Below, in pieces: positions 1 to 13,875 of a stretch of 64,000 nucleotides of DNA (positions are counted from its first letter, which is position 1; every line of letters begins with the position of its first letter). The notes under the pieces were generated by a model that was given only the letters and a program-made list of their open reading frames with translations, did no database searches and had not been told where the DNA came from. The translations under genes were made by a program, and so were the position numbers. The DNA lies in NCBI RefSeq assembly GCF_006345805.1, contig NC_043005.1:66960001-67024000 (forward strand), in the 5' to 3' direction. This DNA comes from Octopus sinensis. Taxonomy: Eukaryota.

Positions 1-984
1 GTAATATGCAAGCATCGATATGTATGGAAATGATAACATTAAAATTATAAGAAGAAGCTGGGAATGCAAAATTACTAAATGTATTTAGAATGAAAAATAA
101 AAATTTGATAAAATGTATATGAATATGAATTACATATTTACTTAATACTTATTTCATATAGAGCTTGCATTTAAACACATGAAAAAGGTAATGTGTGTGA
201 GTACACATAGTTAGACACACAAACACACTCCCATACACAGATGTATAAGTAATAGACAGAAATAATAGGTTATATACACTTATTTATTGTCGGCTTAGGT
301 TCATATTTGGGTGCGTTCATAAGTCAATTTTATCAATCGATCTACTGATCAACCAAAGATGTAAGGAACAATCCTCCCAGCGATATCTTCGTCTTAGTCA
401 AAAGAAATCAATTGTCAGTAGAAAAAGAAAATATATAAGAAAATATATAAGAAAATATAAAAGTATTTTATTTGGACGGTGTGGTAGTTTTACAGAACTA
501 GGTCACCCATCAAACTATTTTCTCTCTTACCGCAGGTGAATAACATTGACACTCAGTACATTTGAGACTCTAGAATGTCTTTAGAATCAGTGGTAGACTT
601 TTGGCATTTACTGCTACACTTTCAGTTATAATGTGAGGGGCAACATTTGCAGATATACAAAGCAAAACATAGCTAATGCATTGTCAAAGTTTTAGACATA
701 AAGTATTAACATCTATCTAATTAATTATCAGGAAATTTATATAAGTAAAAGCAGTAAACAGAACTAATAAGAAATAGTAATCAGGGATGATAAATAAATA
801 AACTATAACAGATAATGTAACAGTTGTACTAAGGCTACATGTAATCCTAAATTATCTAATTTTTATTAAAGCATGTGAAATAACGAATCTAATACATGAT
901 TCTTACGTGGAGTCGTAGAGTAAATTACAAAATAATATCAAATACAACCAAAGCGACCGGAAACAACAAAGGCAAAGATGGGAT

Positions 985-1430
985 TTAATTTTGGATGTAC
1001 TGGCCTATTCTGCCATGTCTTATGCGGTACTCCTTTTCAACGAGGACTGGGCAGCCAGAAACAACATGATCAATTGTATCCGTGAATTTTCCGCAAAGTT
1101 TGCACAAGGGGTCAGATCCATTTTTAAGGACGTTTGTATGCTAGTTTCTGGTGCGTAAACTATGATCTTGCGCTGCAATAACAAAACCTTCTCTTTCCCC
1201 TTTCAGACCAGCCCCTTGAGGCCATTGGTGTGTACGAATTTGATCACTATCTGGTGGTTAAGGTATTTTCCATGCAGGAGCTTAACTTTCCAGTTGACTT
1301 CGGTATTATTCATACAAGCCTTCTTTGGTCTTTGTTTGATTTTTTAAAATCAAAGGTAGGTTTTTCATTATTTCTGATGGTTAGTTTCTAAGTCAGGTGA
1401 AGTAATGGGAGTTCTGTCAGTATTTGGGTG
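985..1430 (-). mobile_element. R4/Dong-like non-LTR retrotransposon fragment (post-RT region and CCHC zinc knuckle), degraded
   Basis: Manual minus-strand translation: WKVKLLHGKY..QW..AGLKGEREGFVIAAQDHSLRTRN*..CKLCGKFTDTIDHVVSGCPVLVEKEYRIRH. This matches the LHG-Y / EG-I-AAQD / CxxC..H..SGC..EY..RH motifs of R4/Dong ORFs. Confidence 0.85.
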
Positions 1431-1930
1431 TATTTTGTCATTCTTATGTTAATTTGCAGTTGGGTACCGTATGAAATGTTTTAAGTCGACAACTACGAGA
1501 AAGGCATGTGTTGGAAGTGAATAAATGTTCTGGGAGGAATACATCGTGTGTAATAGGAAGTCCGCAGTAAGTGATGCCGGACACAAACTCATAAGCAGTG
1601 TGTGAATCTTGAATATTTATGTTCAAAGGGTACAACTTCCAGCGCCACGGATAGAAGTAATACTAATAGGGGCCATAGGAATAGTAGCAGAATAGATGAG
1701 AGGGAAAAATGTGTGTCACTGAAGATGTTGATGACACCATGCAAACTACTCATGTAGTCTTTTGCAGGATAGATCAACGTTTCAGTCTGATCTATAGGTT
1801 GTAGGAGAGTTATAGTAACTTGCATCTTTCAGTTTTACAATACATGTTTCCTTTAAAATCTTGAATATTCAGATTTTTCCGGATTTAGTAATCAATCAAC
1901 TCTAGCACAATAAAATAATCGCGATCCATT

Positions 1931-1931
<1 letters not shown>

Positions 1932-1992
<61 letters not shown>

Positions 1993-2010
1993 ATATATAC
2001 ACATATATAA
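1932..2010. repeat. (TA)n microsatellite
   Basis: Direct reading. Confidence 0.98.
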
Positions 2011-2899
2011 CTGTGAATATGATAACTTAGAATTTATTTCTAATTAATCTAATGAATTTGCATAAAGCTTTTAAATGTACATGCCATATGAATGATTAAT
2101 TTATTCAAGTCAAAATATCTTTTTAATACGGGGACATCATACTTCATTAAATCTATAAATTATTCATATATTATTAGGTTTAACAGTTGCAATTTATTGT
2201 TAAAAGCTATTTAAGTGCCAAAGCTTTAAATAGACAACCATAAATGCATCGCTAAATAAAAGTATTCATTTAAATTTACGATAGTGAAAATTAAATAACT
2301 TTTGTGTAACATTTTTCGTATAGCATTGCTTGAGAATGACTTCAAAGCATAGTAATATAATTTATGCAATATAATAAAAATGTCTGCTAAAATAGGTATT
2401 CAGAAACTTAAATATGCTTTGAAGAACATTAGAATACGAGAATTGTGAATTTGTTTCCGTGATTTAAAACTTGGACTAGTTATAATTAGACGATTTTGAA
2501 CTATTCTTGCCCTGCTCTCTTTTTCACATTGTCACATCTGTTTAGTTTGTTTTCCATCATGCTCAAGTGAATAGAACGACTCCGGAAAACTCGAGCCGTC
2601 TTGAGTCACTGGATTTACCGTAAACTATCAATACAAATGCTGTTTATTGTACATCAACTTCTCCTAACTGCATGACGATGGTTTATACCTACTGGACATA
2701 GCTGGTGAAGTTATATTCTCCACTGTATCCGGAAGTATGAGCAACAGTAGTTTCTCTAACCTGTTATTGTTGTTCTTCATCTCCTTTCACTCTTTCATGG
2801 TGGGATTTCTTTTCTGTACGACAATTATTATATTATTTAATCTCAGAATGAGATTGAAACAGTAATCGCGTGATAATGTAAAGTATAGAAGCCATCTTA

Positions 2900-3030
2900 T
2901 CATGGCTAACCACATTGGGGAGGGGGTTGTTACTGTAGCTTTATAGCCCCAAGAGATCTTCGTCTCTAGCTGGCTCTAAACACAATATCTGTGTCTTTGG
3001 AAGGGATGGCCTCCCTTTGCAAATGATAGC
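2900..3030 (+). repeat. Copy of a dispersed ~130-bp repeat, related in opposite orientation to 15288-15409 and 15610-15761
   Basis: Reverse complement gtgtttagagccagctagagacgaagatctcttggggctataaagctacagtaacaacccc aligns with gtgttagtaaccaggtggagatgtcttcctggggctacaagctacagtagcatcaaccc at about 15312-15370. Confidence 0.65.
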
Positions 3031-3333
3031 AAAAGAGGCTGATTGATATCTAGCTCAGATTCCAGGAAACCCCAAAATGGCAGAAATTCAAAAGATAGTG
3101 CTCATGGGAATTGCTCATATCCTACGCAAAATACTTTCTATGTAATCTCAAGTCTTAAAACAAACATAATTTTCTTATGGATTCTTAAACACTCTCTAGA
3201 ACAATACTAAGTACAAAACCAAATATATGGCACCCTAGGCATAATACCAACGTGACCTTCCAACTTGTTGTCTCTTGAGGTCTCTGGGTGAGACTTGGAG
3301 CCAACTTGTACAAATGTAAAGCAAAAGTCAAAC

Positions 3334-3399
<66 letters not shown>

Positions 3400-3403
3400 T
3401 AAA

Positions 3404-3471
<68 letters not shown>

Positions 3472-3475
3472 TCAT
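3030..3475 (+). mobile_element. R4/Dong-like element 3' end (C-terminus, 3' UTR, (AAT)n tail from about 3336)
   Basis: Translates to IPGNPKMAEIQKIVLMGIAHILRKILSM*, the typical Dong C-terminus (QK..L.GTAHILRK), followed by UTR and a long (AAT)n tract. Confidence 0.8.
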
Positions 3476-4179
3476 TAATTAAATAATACACACGAAGAAA
3501 CGCAGTTTGGAGGGCAAATATATCTGATATATTGAGAAAAAACAACAGACGAAACAAGAAGTTTTCTTTTTCTATTGTTTAAGCAATAAGGAAGGTTTGA
3601 AAGAAGGCTGAGTTAGAAGAAATCACTAACGTTGGCAGGAATGTTTCATGCTTTCCCTTGAGTGTTGAATAACCTTGCAAATCAACGAGTAATCACATGA
3701 AGCTATAACAACAGAAATAGAGAAGATGCTGCATATAAATACAACTAGAAGGCACGGAATCCTGACTAAAATATTTCACAGGGACAGAAAAAAAGGTAGC
3801 TATGATAAAAAGAAATTAAATTGGGGAAAAAACTGAAATACGCCAGAGAACAGAGAAATTGATGTAAGGGGTTGTATGTCTCTAAAGACCAATTTCTGGT
3901 CCCAGAAGACATAATCGAAGTGTGTTGTAAGAGAAAACGGTGTTTAGCATGACGTGAAGTGCCTAGTAGAAAGATTTTCACCACAGTATTCTCTCACACG
4001 TTTATCCTGATACATTAGCTGTTACTAAAATGACAGCTTTATAAGATGCATTGAGCATGTCAAGATTAAATAGATAAGCTAGAGACTTATAAATGGTAAA
4101 CCGTTCTCCATGAAAAAAGAATTATGTCAGGGGATTTTGTGTATCACAACATTTACGTCTGACACTAACCCTATCAAAT

Positions 4180-4760
4180 CAATTTGTTAAACTGCCCTAG
4201 ATTGGATAAATCAACCACCTCCTCTATATCTATTAAAGGTAACAGATAACTAGAAACACTCTTTCAGACATGGATTTATTAGAGAAACCAATATGCGATT
4301 CGGATTAAAAAATGTGCAAATGCAAATTCGAAGAGAGAAATATTAAGAACGTTAACATAGTACTAATTTAAACACAAGAGAATTCGACCAAACGCATAAA
4401 TACATCCAGTAAAGAATCGATGAATTTAACAGAGCACAACAAGCAGAAAGGACGGAAAGGAGTTAGCAAGAAATATTATATACGCATTAGATAATTAACA
4501 GACCTAAAGGCAACAATAACGTAATCTGCATAATTACATTAGCTGTACAAGTAATAAGTTGTAGTTATAAAATTCTCAATTGAATGCTAAATGAACTAGC
4601 TAGCCAGACTAGGCTAAATAATAAGAAATATAATTACTTTATTTAGAATACACTACACAAAACGCAACACAGGAAGATTATATTTACCATGTATAAGAGT
4701 GTAATGCAACGTGGCAGCATATATTCAATACAGGGATACAAAATTATATACTATTCTTAT
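4180..4760 (+). mobile_element. Heavily degraded R4/Dong-like RT C-terminal region
   Basis: Remnants FGLKKCA-like (cggattaaaaaatgtgca), KKYYTRIR and IHYTKRNTGRLYLP correspond to Dong KEY..R.R and HHP...RLYL motifs; many stops. Confidence 0.6.
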
Positions 4761-5152
4761 TCCATAATTAATGCAACATTTGGATCTAGAATAAAAATTG
4801 CATTCGGTGCTAATACCTGGAGCTTCCGTGAAATATGTATATTGTAAAGGATTCTAAAACATGTAGACGAACACATAACAAAAACTGCAGCATATAAATA
4901 TAGACAGCACGCAGAAAATAACGCTACATGGTACCGCAGGTATACTGCATAGAGTAAGTTTATACCAACAAAACAACAAGACCCCATAAAACATAGGCAA
5001 ATCATAGAAATGCTTTGGTAAGTAGATCAGGGAAATAACAGAACATAGATAAAATCATTGAAAAGTTAGTTCTATTATATGTGCAAATCCTAAAAATTAG
5101 GGTACGGTTTTTAGAGGTTTACATCAACTGCTGTAATGGATTAGCATCATAT

Positions 5153-5153
<1 letters not shown>

Positions 5154-5208
<55 letters not shown>

Positions 5209-5230
5209 TATAATAATAATAATAATAATA
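5154..5230. repeat. (AAT)n microsatellite
   Basis: Direct reading. Confidence 0.98.
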
Positions 5231-6340
5231 GTCAATAAGATGATTTTGGAAGATTGTCATAAAACACAAAAACTTATCAATAGCCTGGGTAGACTATAAA
5301 GAAGTTTTTGATTGTCTACCACATAGCAGGATTGAGAAATGTTTGGAAATTTATAAAATAACACCTACTCTGCGAAACTTCTCATCTGTATGTATGAGAT
5401 CATGGATAACATCGACAACTTCGAATAGTGACACTGAAACTTTCAATGCTGGTGATGTAAAAATTTCATGTAGCATTTTCCAAGGTGACTCTCTATTACC
5501 ACTCCTCTTTTCTCTAACTTTAACATCTCTTTTGCAAATGCTCGATGATGTACAATATGGCTATATATATTCTTGATAAAAATATAAATCATCTCTTTCA
5601 CATGGATGACTTAAAGTTCTTTGCAAAACTGGACCCACAACTAAAGGGCTTACTGGTAACAGTTCATTGATAAAATCAGGATGAATTTTGGCCGAGATAA
5701 ATAAGGAATAGCTTCCTTTATCAGAGAGAAAATGATAGAAAAATCCAACGTTAATCTTGAGCAAGAGAATGTTATAAAGAATTTAGAACCAGCGAAGAGC
5801 TACAGATACCTAGCGGTGTTTGACGGTGACCAACATCTTAAAGTACAGCAATAGCCCAATATGTCGTGTATATAAACAACAAAATGAATCCATCGATCAT
5901 GTTGTCTCCATGTGCAACATTCTTGCACCTACAGAGTATCTCAACAAGCATGATAGAACTGCACGATATATTCACTAGGGAATTTGCAAAGACTTGGACC
6001 TTTCCAATGATAAAAGTCGGCGGGAACACAAGCGACCGTCAGTGAAAATGACCAAAAATGGAAGCAATTCAAAAGATATTGCTCATAGAAACTGCGCATA
6101 TCTTATGTAAAAATGTTGTCTATGTTATCCCCCAAACATTTTAATCTGTCAAAATACTTTTAAATGTACATAATAGCAAACACGTTTCACACTCATCTTA
6201 ACATCACACTATCATCATATAATAAAACTTACTTTTAAAACAAACTTCTAATTCACTTGTTCTCTGTTATTGCACACATACAATGCAAAAGCCAAATATA
6301 TAACAACAACAACAACAACAATAATAATAATAATGATAAT
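5230..6340 (+). mobile_element. Internally deleted R4/Dong-like element (RT core, CCHC, C-terminus, 3' UTR, (AAC)/(AAT) tail)
   Basis: Motifs AWVDYKEVFD, IFQGDSL, HMDDLK and YRYL, then abruptly SPICRVY...SIDHVVSMCNILAPTEYLNKHD, then IQKILLIETAHIL. The 3' UTR end resembles that at 3310-3340. Confidence 0.85.
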
Positions 6341-6752
6341 AAATGCCTTGATTCATTATCAGGCAGTGGCTCTCATGACTTTTGATCTTAGCTGATTGGG
6401 AGTGTTAACATGTATATTGCTTTGTCTTGATATTAAAGACAGGCTACAGCAAATATTCTGCTGAATACCACAAGTTTGCTTGACTGTGGTTTGACAATAA
6501 TGAGTTGAGCATGTCTCTTAGTGGCTGAAGATATGTTAATCTCTGATCACGAGCAGAAGTATAGGGGAGCATCATAGCCATGTATTGAGAGGAATTCTTT
6601 GGGGTTTGAGCAATTCACCTCTGGACACACAGATGTTTTGTTCATCATCCTTAAAACAAGCCTCATTCCGTCTTGTGTGGAATGGGCTTCTCGACCTGAA
6701 GAAAATTGTAACTGGACCCCACCTGCAAGGTCATGCACTGTTTATCTTGATA
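6341..6752. mobile_element. Non-coding ~560-bp AAT-embedded repeat family, copy 1 (right-truncated)
   Basis: Homologous to 24665-25222 and 51980-52508 (gtggctctcatg..ctacagcaaatattctg..ccccacctgcaaggtcatg..tttatcttgatat). Confidence 0.8.
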
Positions 6753-6840
6753 TCGAAGGTGACCTGGCATCTACGTTTATTTTCTGTAACCCAATGTTAG
6801 GATTCTTTTCTTTTCGAAGAAAATAATCTTTTGAGTGTAT

Positions 6841-6987
6841 ATGAATAACAATAATGAAAATAATAACAATAATAATAATAATAAAGCTAATAATAATACT
6901 AATAACAACAACAACAATATTATTAATAATAATAATAATAATAATATAATAATAATAATAATGATAATAATAATAATAATAATAATA

Positions 6988-7020
<33 letters not shown>

Positions 7021-7086
7021 TAATAATAATAATAATAATAAATAATAATAATAATAATAATAATAATGATAATAATAATAATAATA

Positions 7087-7127
<41 letters not shown>

Positions 7128-7140
7128 TAATAATGATAAT
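6841..7140. repeat. Interrupted (AAT)n tract
   Basis: Direct reading. Confidence 0.97.
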
Positions 7141-7552
7141 AAATGCCTTGATTCATTATCAGGCAGTGGCTCTCATGACTTTTGATCTTAGCTGATTGGG
7201 AGTGTTAACATGTATATTGCTTTGTCTTGATATTAAAGACAGGCTACAGCAAATATTCTGCTGAATACCACAAGTTTGCTTGACTGTGGTTTGACAATAA
7301 TGAGTTGAGCATGTCTCTTAGTGGCTGAAGATATGTTAATCTCTGATCACGAGCAGAAGTATAGGGGAGCATCATAGCCATGTATTGAGAGGAATTCTTT
7401 GGGGTTTGAGCAATTCACCTCTGGACACACAGATGTTTTGTTCATCATCCTTAAAACAAGCCTCATTCCGTCTTGTGTGGAATGGGCTTCTCGACCTGAA
7501 GAAAATTGTAACTGGACCCCACCTGCAAGGTCATGCACTGTTTATCTTGATA
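7141..7552. mobile_element. Non-coding ~560-bp AAT-embedded repeat family, copy 2 (duplicate of copy 1)
   Basis: Identical to 6341-6752. Confidence 0.8.
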
Positions 7553-7640
7553 TCGAAGGTGACCTGGCATCTACGTTTATTTTCTGTAACCCAATGTTAG
7601 GATTCTTTTCTTTTCGAAGAAAATAATCTTTTGAGTGTAT

Positions 7641-8075
<435 letters not shown>

Positions 8076-9185
8076 CTCTGCCTAAGCAAATCCCGTAGAC
8101 GAAAACGGTGTTCATCTTAAGGCATACCGACAATGTTTTGTATGATCAATGAAGAGAAAGAGGATTGTTTCAACTCACGGAACAGAGAATATATGATCAA
8201 GCTACAGCAATAAGAAAAAAATCGTTGATTCACAGATTTAGAGCTCGAAGCTATCAAATGACGGGTATTGGAAAACAGCAGCTGGGGAAACGATGGAAAT
8301 AGAGTTCCTACTGATAAATGTAATCTCATAGCAGAAAACAGAGGTAAAATTCTAATAAAACACAGGAACAGAACAATGATAGCTTGCTCGATGAGAGACA
8401 TATAGATAGTTTGAAAGAAGACAATAAAACTAATGATGACATGACAGATGGGCAAAAAGGCAATCTATGACAGAATACAGTCAAGGCTACGGGAGAACGA
8501 CAGCGAGAATATTTACAACCGTAAAAAGGTTGACCGGTGGAAATTGAATCAAGTGACGAAAAATGAGAATGAAATTCTGAAATACATCAGATCAAAGAAC
8601 ATCACAGAAACGAATAGTCTGATCAAAGCAGCAAGTATTTCGTAGCAGAAAATGTCGGTGTTGATGTCAAGAAAAAGAAATATAATGGGAGTAACAAAAG
8701 AAAATATCCGTGGCGGAAAAGAAGAATACAGGGGATAGATAAGCTCTCGAACGAGACATTTCTATGTTAGACCGAACAGAAAATGGGGACCTTAAAAGCG
8801 AACCAAAATACGCGGTAGTGAACAGGAAGTATAATATTGAAACAAAAGGGCCTGAAATTGGGAATGGAGGAACTGAAACAGCGCCTCATTGCAAAGAAAG
8901 CAAAGACGGTAAGTTACGATGACAATGAAGGGATACCAGCCGAATAGGTTATTCAGAGTAGATTAGAAGAGAGTCTACAAAGCAATAAATGGAGAGTGTA
9001 CAGACGAAAAGTTCATACCAGATAATATTGAAAGCCAAATGTTTGGGTATGACATATGGAGCAAACACAAGGAGCACAGAGAGGATGCGGAATGGTTGCA
9101 AGAACTGAAACAAACAGTAGTATGTCCAAAACAGGCAGAACTAGTCATTTCAGTTAGGGAAGTGAAGGAAATGTGCAAAACAAGT
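8076..9185 (+). mobile_element. R4/Dong-like element N-terminal (pre-RT) region
   Basis: Motifs TEQRIYDQATAIRK, ITETNSLIKAAS, YPWRKRRI, EELKQRLIAKKA, YQPNRLF and DIWSKHKEHREDAEWLQELK; starts directly after (AAT)n. Confidence 0.8.
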
Positions 9186-10560
9186 GGGGCAGCTACTTTT
9201 GATTGTGGTTGGAAAAGTATTTGCCCATATTCTGTTAGATCGTTTAAATACCTCCATAGTTCCAAATACAGTGTCTGAGCCTCAGAGTGGTGTCCGTTCT
9301 TCCAGAGGTACAGATGATTGTATCTTTACTATCAGACATTTTCAAGAAATGTGCAGAATTTTGAACAGAATCTTGCCCTATAGCATTGCCTTGTTGATTT
9401 GAGCAAAGCCTTCGATGCTGTTAATCTCAATGCTCCGTGGCTAATTCTAAGGAAAATAAGTTGCCAGGAAAAAATCGTAAACATGCTTACAGCTTTGCAT
9501 CGAGATATGAAAGATAGAGTTAACTTTGGTTGTAGGTTCTGAATCTTTTGCCGTGGAAAATGGAGTAAAGCAAGGCGACATTGATGCCCCGAACCTCTTT
9601 GCAATATACTTTGCTGTTGTATAGTCACACGCTTTTCAAAATTCTGAGGGGGTTTTTACATAAAATATCGAACAGGGAACGTTTTTATCTGACTAGACTG
9701 AAATTGAAAACGAAACTTTTCACTTCACTCATTAGGGAACTTTTATACGCTGATGATTACAATATTGTCAGTCATTCTGAAACAGGTCTGCAATCTCTTG
9801 TATCTGCATTTAACTCAGCTTGTGATGATTTTGGCTTGACCATCAACTTGAAAAAAGAAAAACAGTCGTAACGCATTAACCTGTTTTTTTTTGTTAAGGG
9901 TAAGTTACTTGCGGTTGACGATTCGTTTACCTACTTGGAAAGCTCTGTACAAAATGATAGAAAACTTGATACGGAAATACATCTGCGAATTCAAAGGGCA
10001 GCAAAAGCATTTAGTGGCCTGGAGTCACGCGTTTGGTGCCAGCGACATAAATAACAATACAAAGCTGTCTCTTTACAAATCATTCGTCTTACCATCTCTG
10101 TTGTATTGTTCTGAAATATGGACTTGTTATAAAAGGCATTTTAAATTGTTAGACCAATTCCACCAAAAATGCCTTCATCACATTTTAAATATTAAATAGA
10201 GTTATTTTGCTCCAAACATAGATCCCTTTGCATCTGCAGACATCACCTCAACTAAATCGATGATTTGGGAAACCAAATGAGATGGTGTAGCCATATGGTT
10301 CGAATGGCGATTGAAGGCATTCCCAACAGCTGGTTTATGGTGCGCTTGCAGACGGGAAAGGCTATCTGCGTAAACCGAAAAAAAAGATTTAAGAACGGCG
10401 TAAGGATAACTATGAAGTCAATTGAATGGATCCAGAGGACTTAGAATCCGTTGAGTTGGATCGAACTGGATGGAGAAGAAAAGTGTGGAGTGAAGAGAAA
10501 GATTTTGAAGAGGCCAGAATAACGCATGTAAGGCTCAATACAGATTTAAGGAAGAATGTT
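9186..10560 (+). mobile_element. RTE-clade LINE, RT domain to C-terminus, 5'-truncated and degraded
   Basis: GKVFAHILLDRL..EPQSGVRSSRGTDDCIFTIR, LVDLSKAFD, GVKQG, ELLYADD, GLTINLKK, FTYLGS, LPSLLYCSEIWTCYKRHFKLLDQFHQKCL and DRTGWRR are RTE/BovB-like RT motifs. Confidence 0.9.
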
Positions 10561-10791
10561 ACGATCGAGACGGTGAATCACAATGTTGGTACAGGGGGTG
10601 GCCAAATTCTGTATAATATATATATATATATATATAGATATATAGTGAAATACGTATAGGAATAAACAAACAAGCGGAAAAAACGCACAGAAGGTTCAGT
10701 TCAAAAGCATATACTAAACGAAAGGAAAACAAACATAGAAGGTCACCAACTCTTCATCACTTAACGTCCAGGGGTTCGGCCGCAATTGTGT

Positions 10792-10792
<1 letters not shown>

Positions 10793-10874
<82 letters not shown>

Positions 10875-10875
10875 G
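10793..10875. repeat. (CA)n(TA)n compound microsatellite
   Basis: Direct reading. Confidence 0.97.
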
Positions 10876-10879
10876 TAGA

Positions 10880-11192
10880 GGCGCAATGGCCCAGTGGTTA
10901 GGGCAGCGGACTCGCGGTTGTAGGATCGCGGTTTCGATTCCCAGACCGTGCGTTGTGAGTGTTTATTGAGCGAAAACACCTTAAGCTCCACGGGACTCCG
11001 GCAGTGGGTGGTGGCGCTCACTGCCGTACTCCTTCGCCGCAACTTTCTCTCACTCTTTCTTCTCTTGGACTGCTCGCTTAGCCAGCGGGGTGGCGTCATT
11101 TGAAGGCTAAAACAATGCGAAGCGCATTGTGACCAGCGATGTGTAACAACATCTGATAGCCTGGTCGGTGACGGTGACGAGGATCACGGTGA
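10880..11192 (+). mobile_element. tRNA-derived SINE, apparently full length
   Basis: A-box TGGCCCAGTGG at 10887 and B-box GGTTTCGATTCCC at 10930, non-tRNA body, short-repeat tail (cggtgac), flanked by (TA)n. Confidence 0.85.
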
Positions 11193-13256
11193 TATATATA
11201 TATATATATATATATAGAAGGTTCCGAATCATAGTTGGCTGTGGAATATGTGCACTGAATATTATGTAAGCATATAAGCAAAAATAGATTTTAAAATATA
11301 AAGGTTTCTTGTACTTACGTTTATTGGCTGAACGCTCTCGCCTATTGTTGTCGTTTGTATTAACATTAGAATGCATCAAGAGCTTATAGTAGCTATCTCA
11401 ATTAACCTGAAAAATAGAATAAAGATAACTGATTCATTCGATGAAATATTTTCAAAGTTGATTAAAACAATTCTTCAACTATGCACATGCCTTCTCGCAC
11501 AGACAGAAACATACACGAGCATATTAAATGAGCTAATGAACAACGAACATTGACATTTAGATTCATAAAATTTTCGAGAGGGCGAATGAACTTTTACTAC
11601 AATATTTGGGTGAACTACAACTAATGCATTATTTATATTTCTCAATAGAAATCCAATTGCAAAGACGGTTTGCCCCGTGCTGAAAATCACAGTAGCTATC
11701 TTCTGTTGACCTTTAGTGCTCCAAAGTCAATTTTAGCCAGCAAGATTTCTATTCAGCTTAACAGCAGAAAGCGATTCTATTATCAGATTACCGTTGTACA
11801 TGACCCTTGTGCAGTGTTCCTAATATGCATTTGGCTTAAACAATAAAATTCAACAAGTTTAGTATCTTACATGATTGCTTAGCTACATGCAGTAGTCAGA
11901 TAAAATAATTGATGTAAATTGGATTCTACTTTATTATCCGGAATGATTTATTGATTTGAAAACAGTTTAAGTGCACGGAAGCTTACAGCACTGTATGAAT
12001 AGAATTTCCAAGACGGATACCTAATATATATTTCTAAGTGCATTCTGTTGTTCTTCTGCCGGTTCATTCCAGTATTACAAAACGTACCACAGCATCATAT
12101 GTTTGTTTTATTATACATGATCTCATATTAAGTTTTTGTACAGCATCTGTATATTTTAACTACATTTTAAAACATCTGTATGCAGATAATGCTCGCAAAT
12201 ATTTTAGAAATCATTGCTTCAAGAGAGAAAATTCATTGGAATCATCCTCGTTGGAATGAGGAAATTTTCTATCCTTTGGTAAATATGTCTACGAGACAAT
12301 CCGCTTGAAATACAAACGTGTCACTCCATTACCATAAATTCCTAGCAGCATGTTGACGAACATATATTACATGCAATATCGTCAAATAACTTAGGTTATC
12401 AAATGGGATATACGATGATTACTTGCGATTAACGTACAACGTCTTAAAAACTGCATTGCTCTGCAATAAATTCTGTGCGATAAACGAATTAACGGATACA
12501 TTTTGATTTTCATGGTGAGTTAATTAGTAATTTTTATTATAGAAGGCATGCGTGTAGATGATTAACACCTACTAAAAGTCATTAAATTTTTGAAGTAATT
12601 TAGCAAAATTATACTTATCCATCAACAGGGAAGTCTATTGTCATTTCGAAGCAAATTACCTCTTCGCATTATCCACAGCTAATTTCAATGACCATAAAAT
12701 AATTTTGCTTGAACTTACTTTATTCTCATTTACAAATAATAAGCTAAGGAGGTTATCACCATGTAGGTGAAAATTTTAACGATCTTAAAATTTCTGCGAT
12801 CAGTACTTTTGCAAATGTATTTTCCGAGAAAACATATGTAGTTATGTTAGCATCCAGAATAACTATCCAATAACTACCGCGGAAATTATTCTGGCTCTTT
12901 AAGACCGACTACCAAAACTTCTACACTAAATACATCAATTCCCGATCTGTACTATATCCACGGATATCTTGCTTTAAATGAACGTTATACAGTATGTAGT
13001 AGACGGAAGCAACTAATACTGTAAGTCAAAACAGAATCATCAAAGACTTTGTTAGAAATTTCAGAAGAGATTAATGATTTCTTTTTAATTAGTTGAAATA
13101 AGCTGTTCAGCACTGCTAATTAAATTCCTCATATATCTGTGACAGCTGAATAAAATTTGACAGGAGATATCTGTCAACGGTTCATACAAATATTATTAAT
13201 ACTGATGACAGTCCACGTTGAACTACAGAAATACTAGCAAAAAGCAAATTAGGAAT

Positions 13257-13272
13257 AATAATAATAATAATA

Positions 13273-13317
<45 letters not shown>

Positions 13318-13360
13318 GTGATGACGATGATGATGATGACTACGATGATAATGATGAAAC
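13257..13360. repeat. (AAT)n(GAT)n microsatellite
   Basis: Direct reading. Confidence 0.97.
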
Positions 13361-13419
13361 GAAAGTATGAGCAACATCTTGAATGAGTGCAGTGCACTAT
13401 CACGAAAGAATATAAACTT

Positions 13420-13790
13420 AGAAACACCTGTGTATATAAAAAAAAATATGCATCAGGATATTAGGCGTGTGTGTGGCTTCGAAAAAAGAGGAACGTTGCA
13501 TGAGTATGAACAAGCCAGAAGCTGTGACAGAATATGAGAATTACAGTTTATTATGGACGTCCCAATAAACCCTGACATGCTGTTGAGGCAAGAAGACCAA
13601 ATGTGATTATAGATAATAAAATAAATAGTAAAATAATAGACTTTGAATTTCCCTATGATAACAAAGTCGATTCCAAAGAGATGAATAAAAGAACTATCGG
13701 GCTGTAGCCAAATAAATGGAGAGACTGTAAAAGACTAAGAAACCAAGGACCGAAATGCTACATAAAAAACTTAAAGACAAATTAATATAT
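13420..13790 (+). mobile_element. Degraded R4/Dong-like restriction-like endonuclease region
   Basis: Remnants of YEHKPE.V.E-like, LLW, RPNVII and IIDFEFPYDNKVDSKEM resemble the WD..I.TD..RPD...IID.A.P.D..KE motif; lies between two AAT tracts. Confidence 0.6.
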
Positions 13791-13841
13791 AACAATAATA
13801 ATAATAATAGTAGTAGTAGTAGTAGTAACAATAATAATAAT

Positions 13842-13875
<34 letters not shown>

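Noticed and set aside
1975-1990. Single-base interruptions in (TA)n and (AAT)n tracts as meaningful variants
   Set aside because: The pattern is typical of long-read indel errors in microsatellites; it cannot be interpreted without reads.
2903-3010. HDV-like or twister ribozyme in the 2900/15300 repeat family
   Set aside because: gag-atcttcgt-ctc (P3/L3-like) and a partial P1 exist in one copy, but no P2 partner is found and the pairings are not preserved in the other two copies.
5090-5107. 15-nt identity aaaaattagggtacg with 60546-60560
   Set aside because: A match of this length is expected by chance in 64 kb of AT-rich DNA.
10590-10606. TA-CAGGGGGTGGCCAAA as a Tc1 TIR
   Set aside because: No partner TIR or transposase seen; only 17 nt.
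10880-10960. tRNA gene
   Set aside because: A/B boxes are present but the sequence continues into a SINE body with no acceptor stem; same for the other SINE heads.
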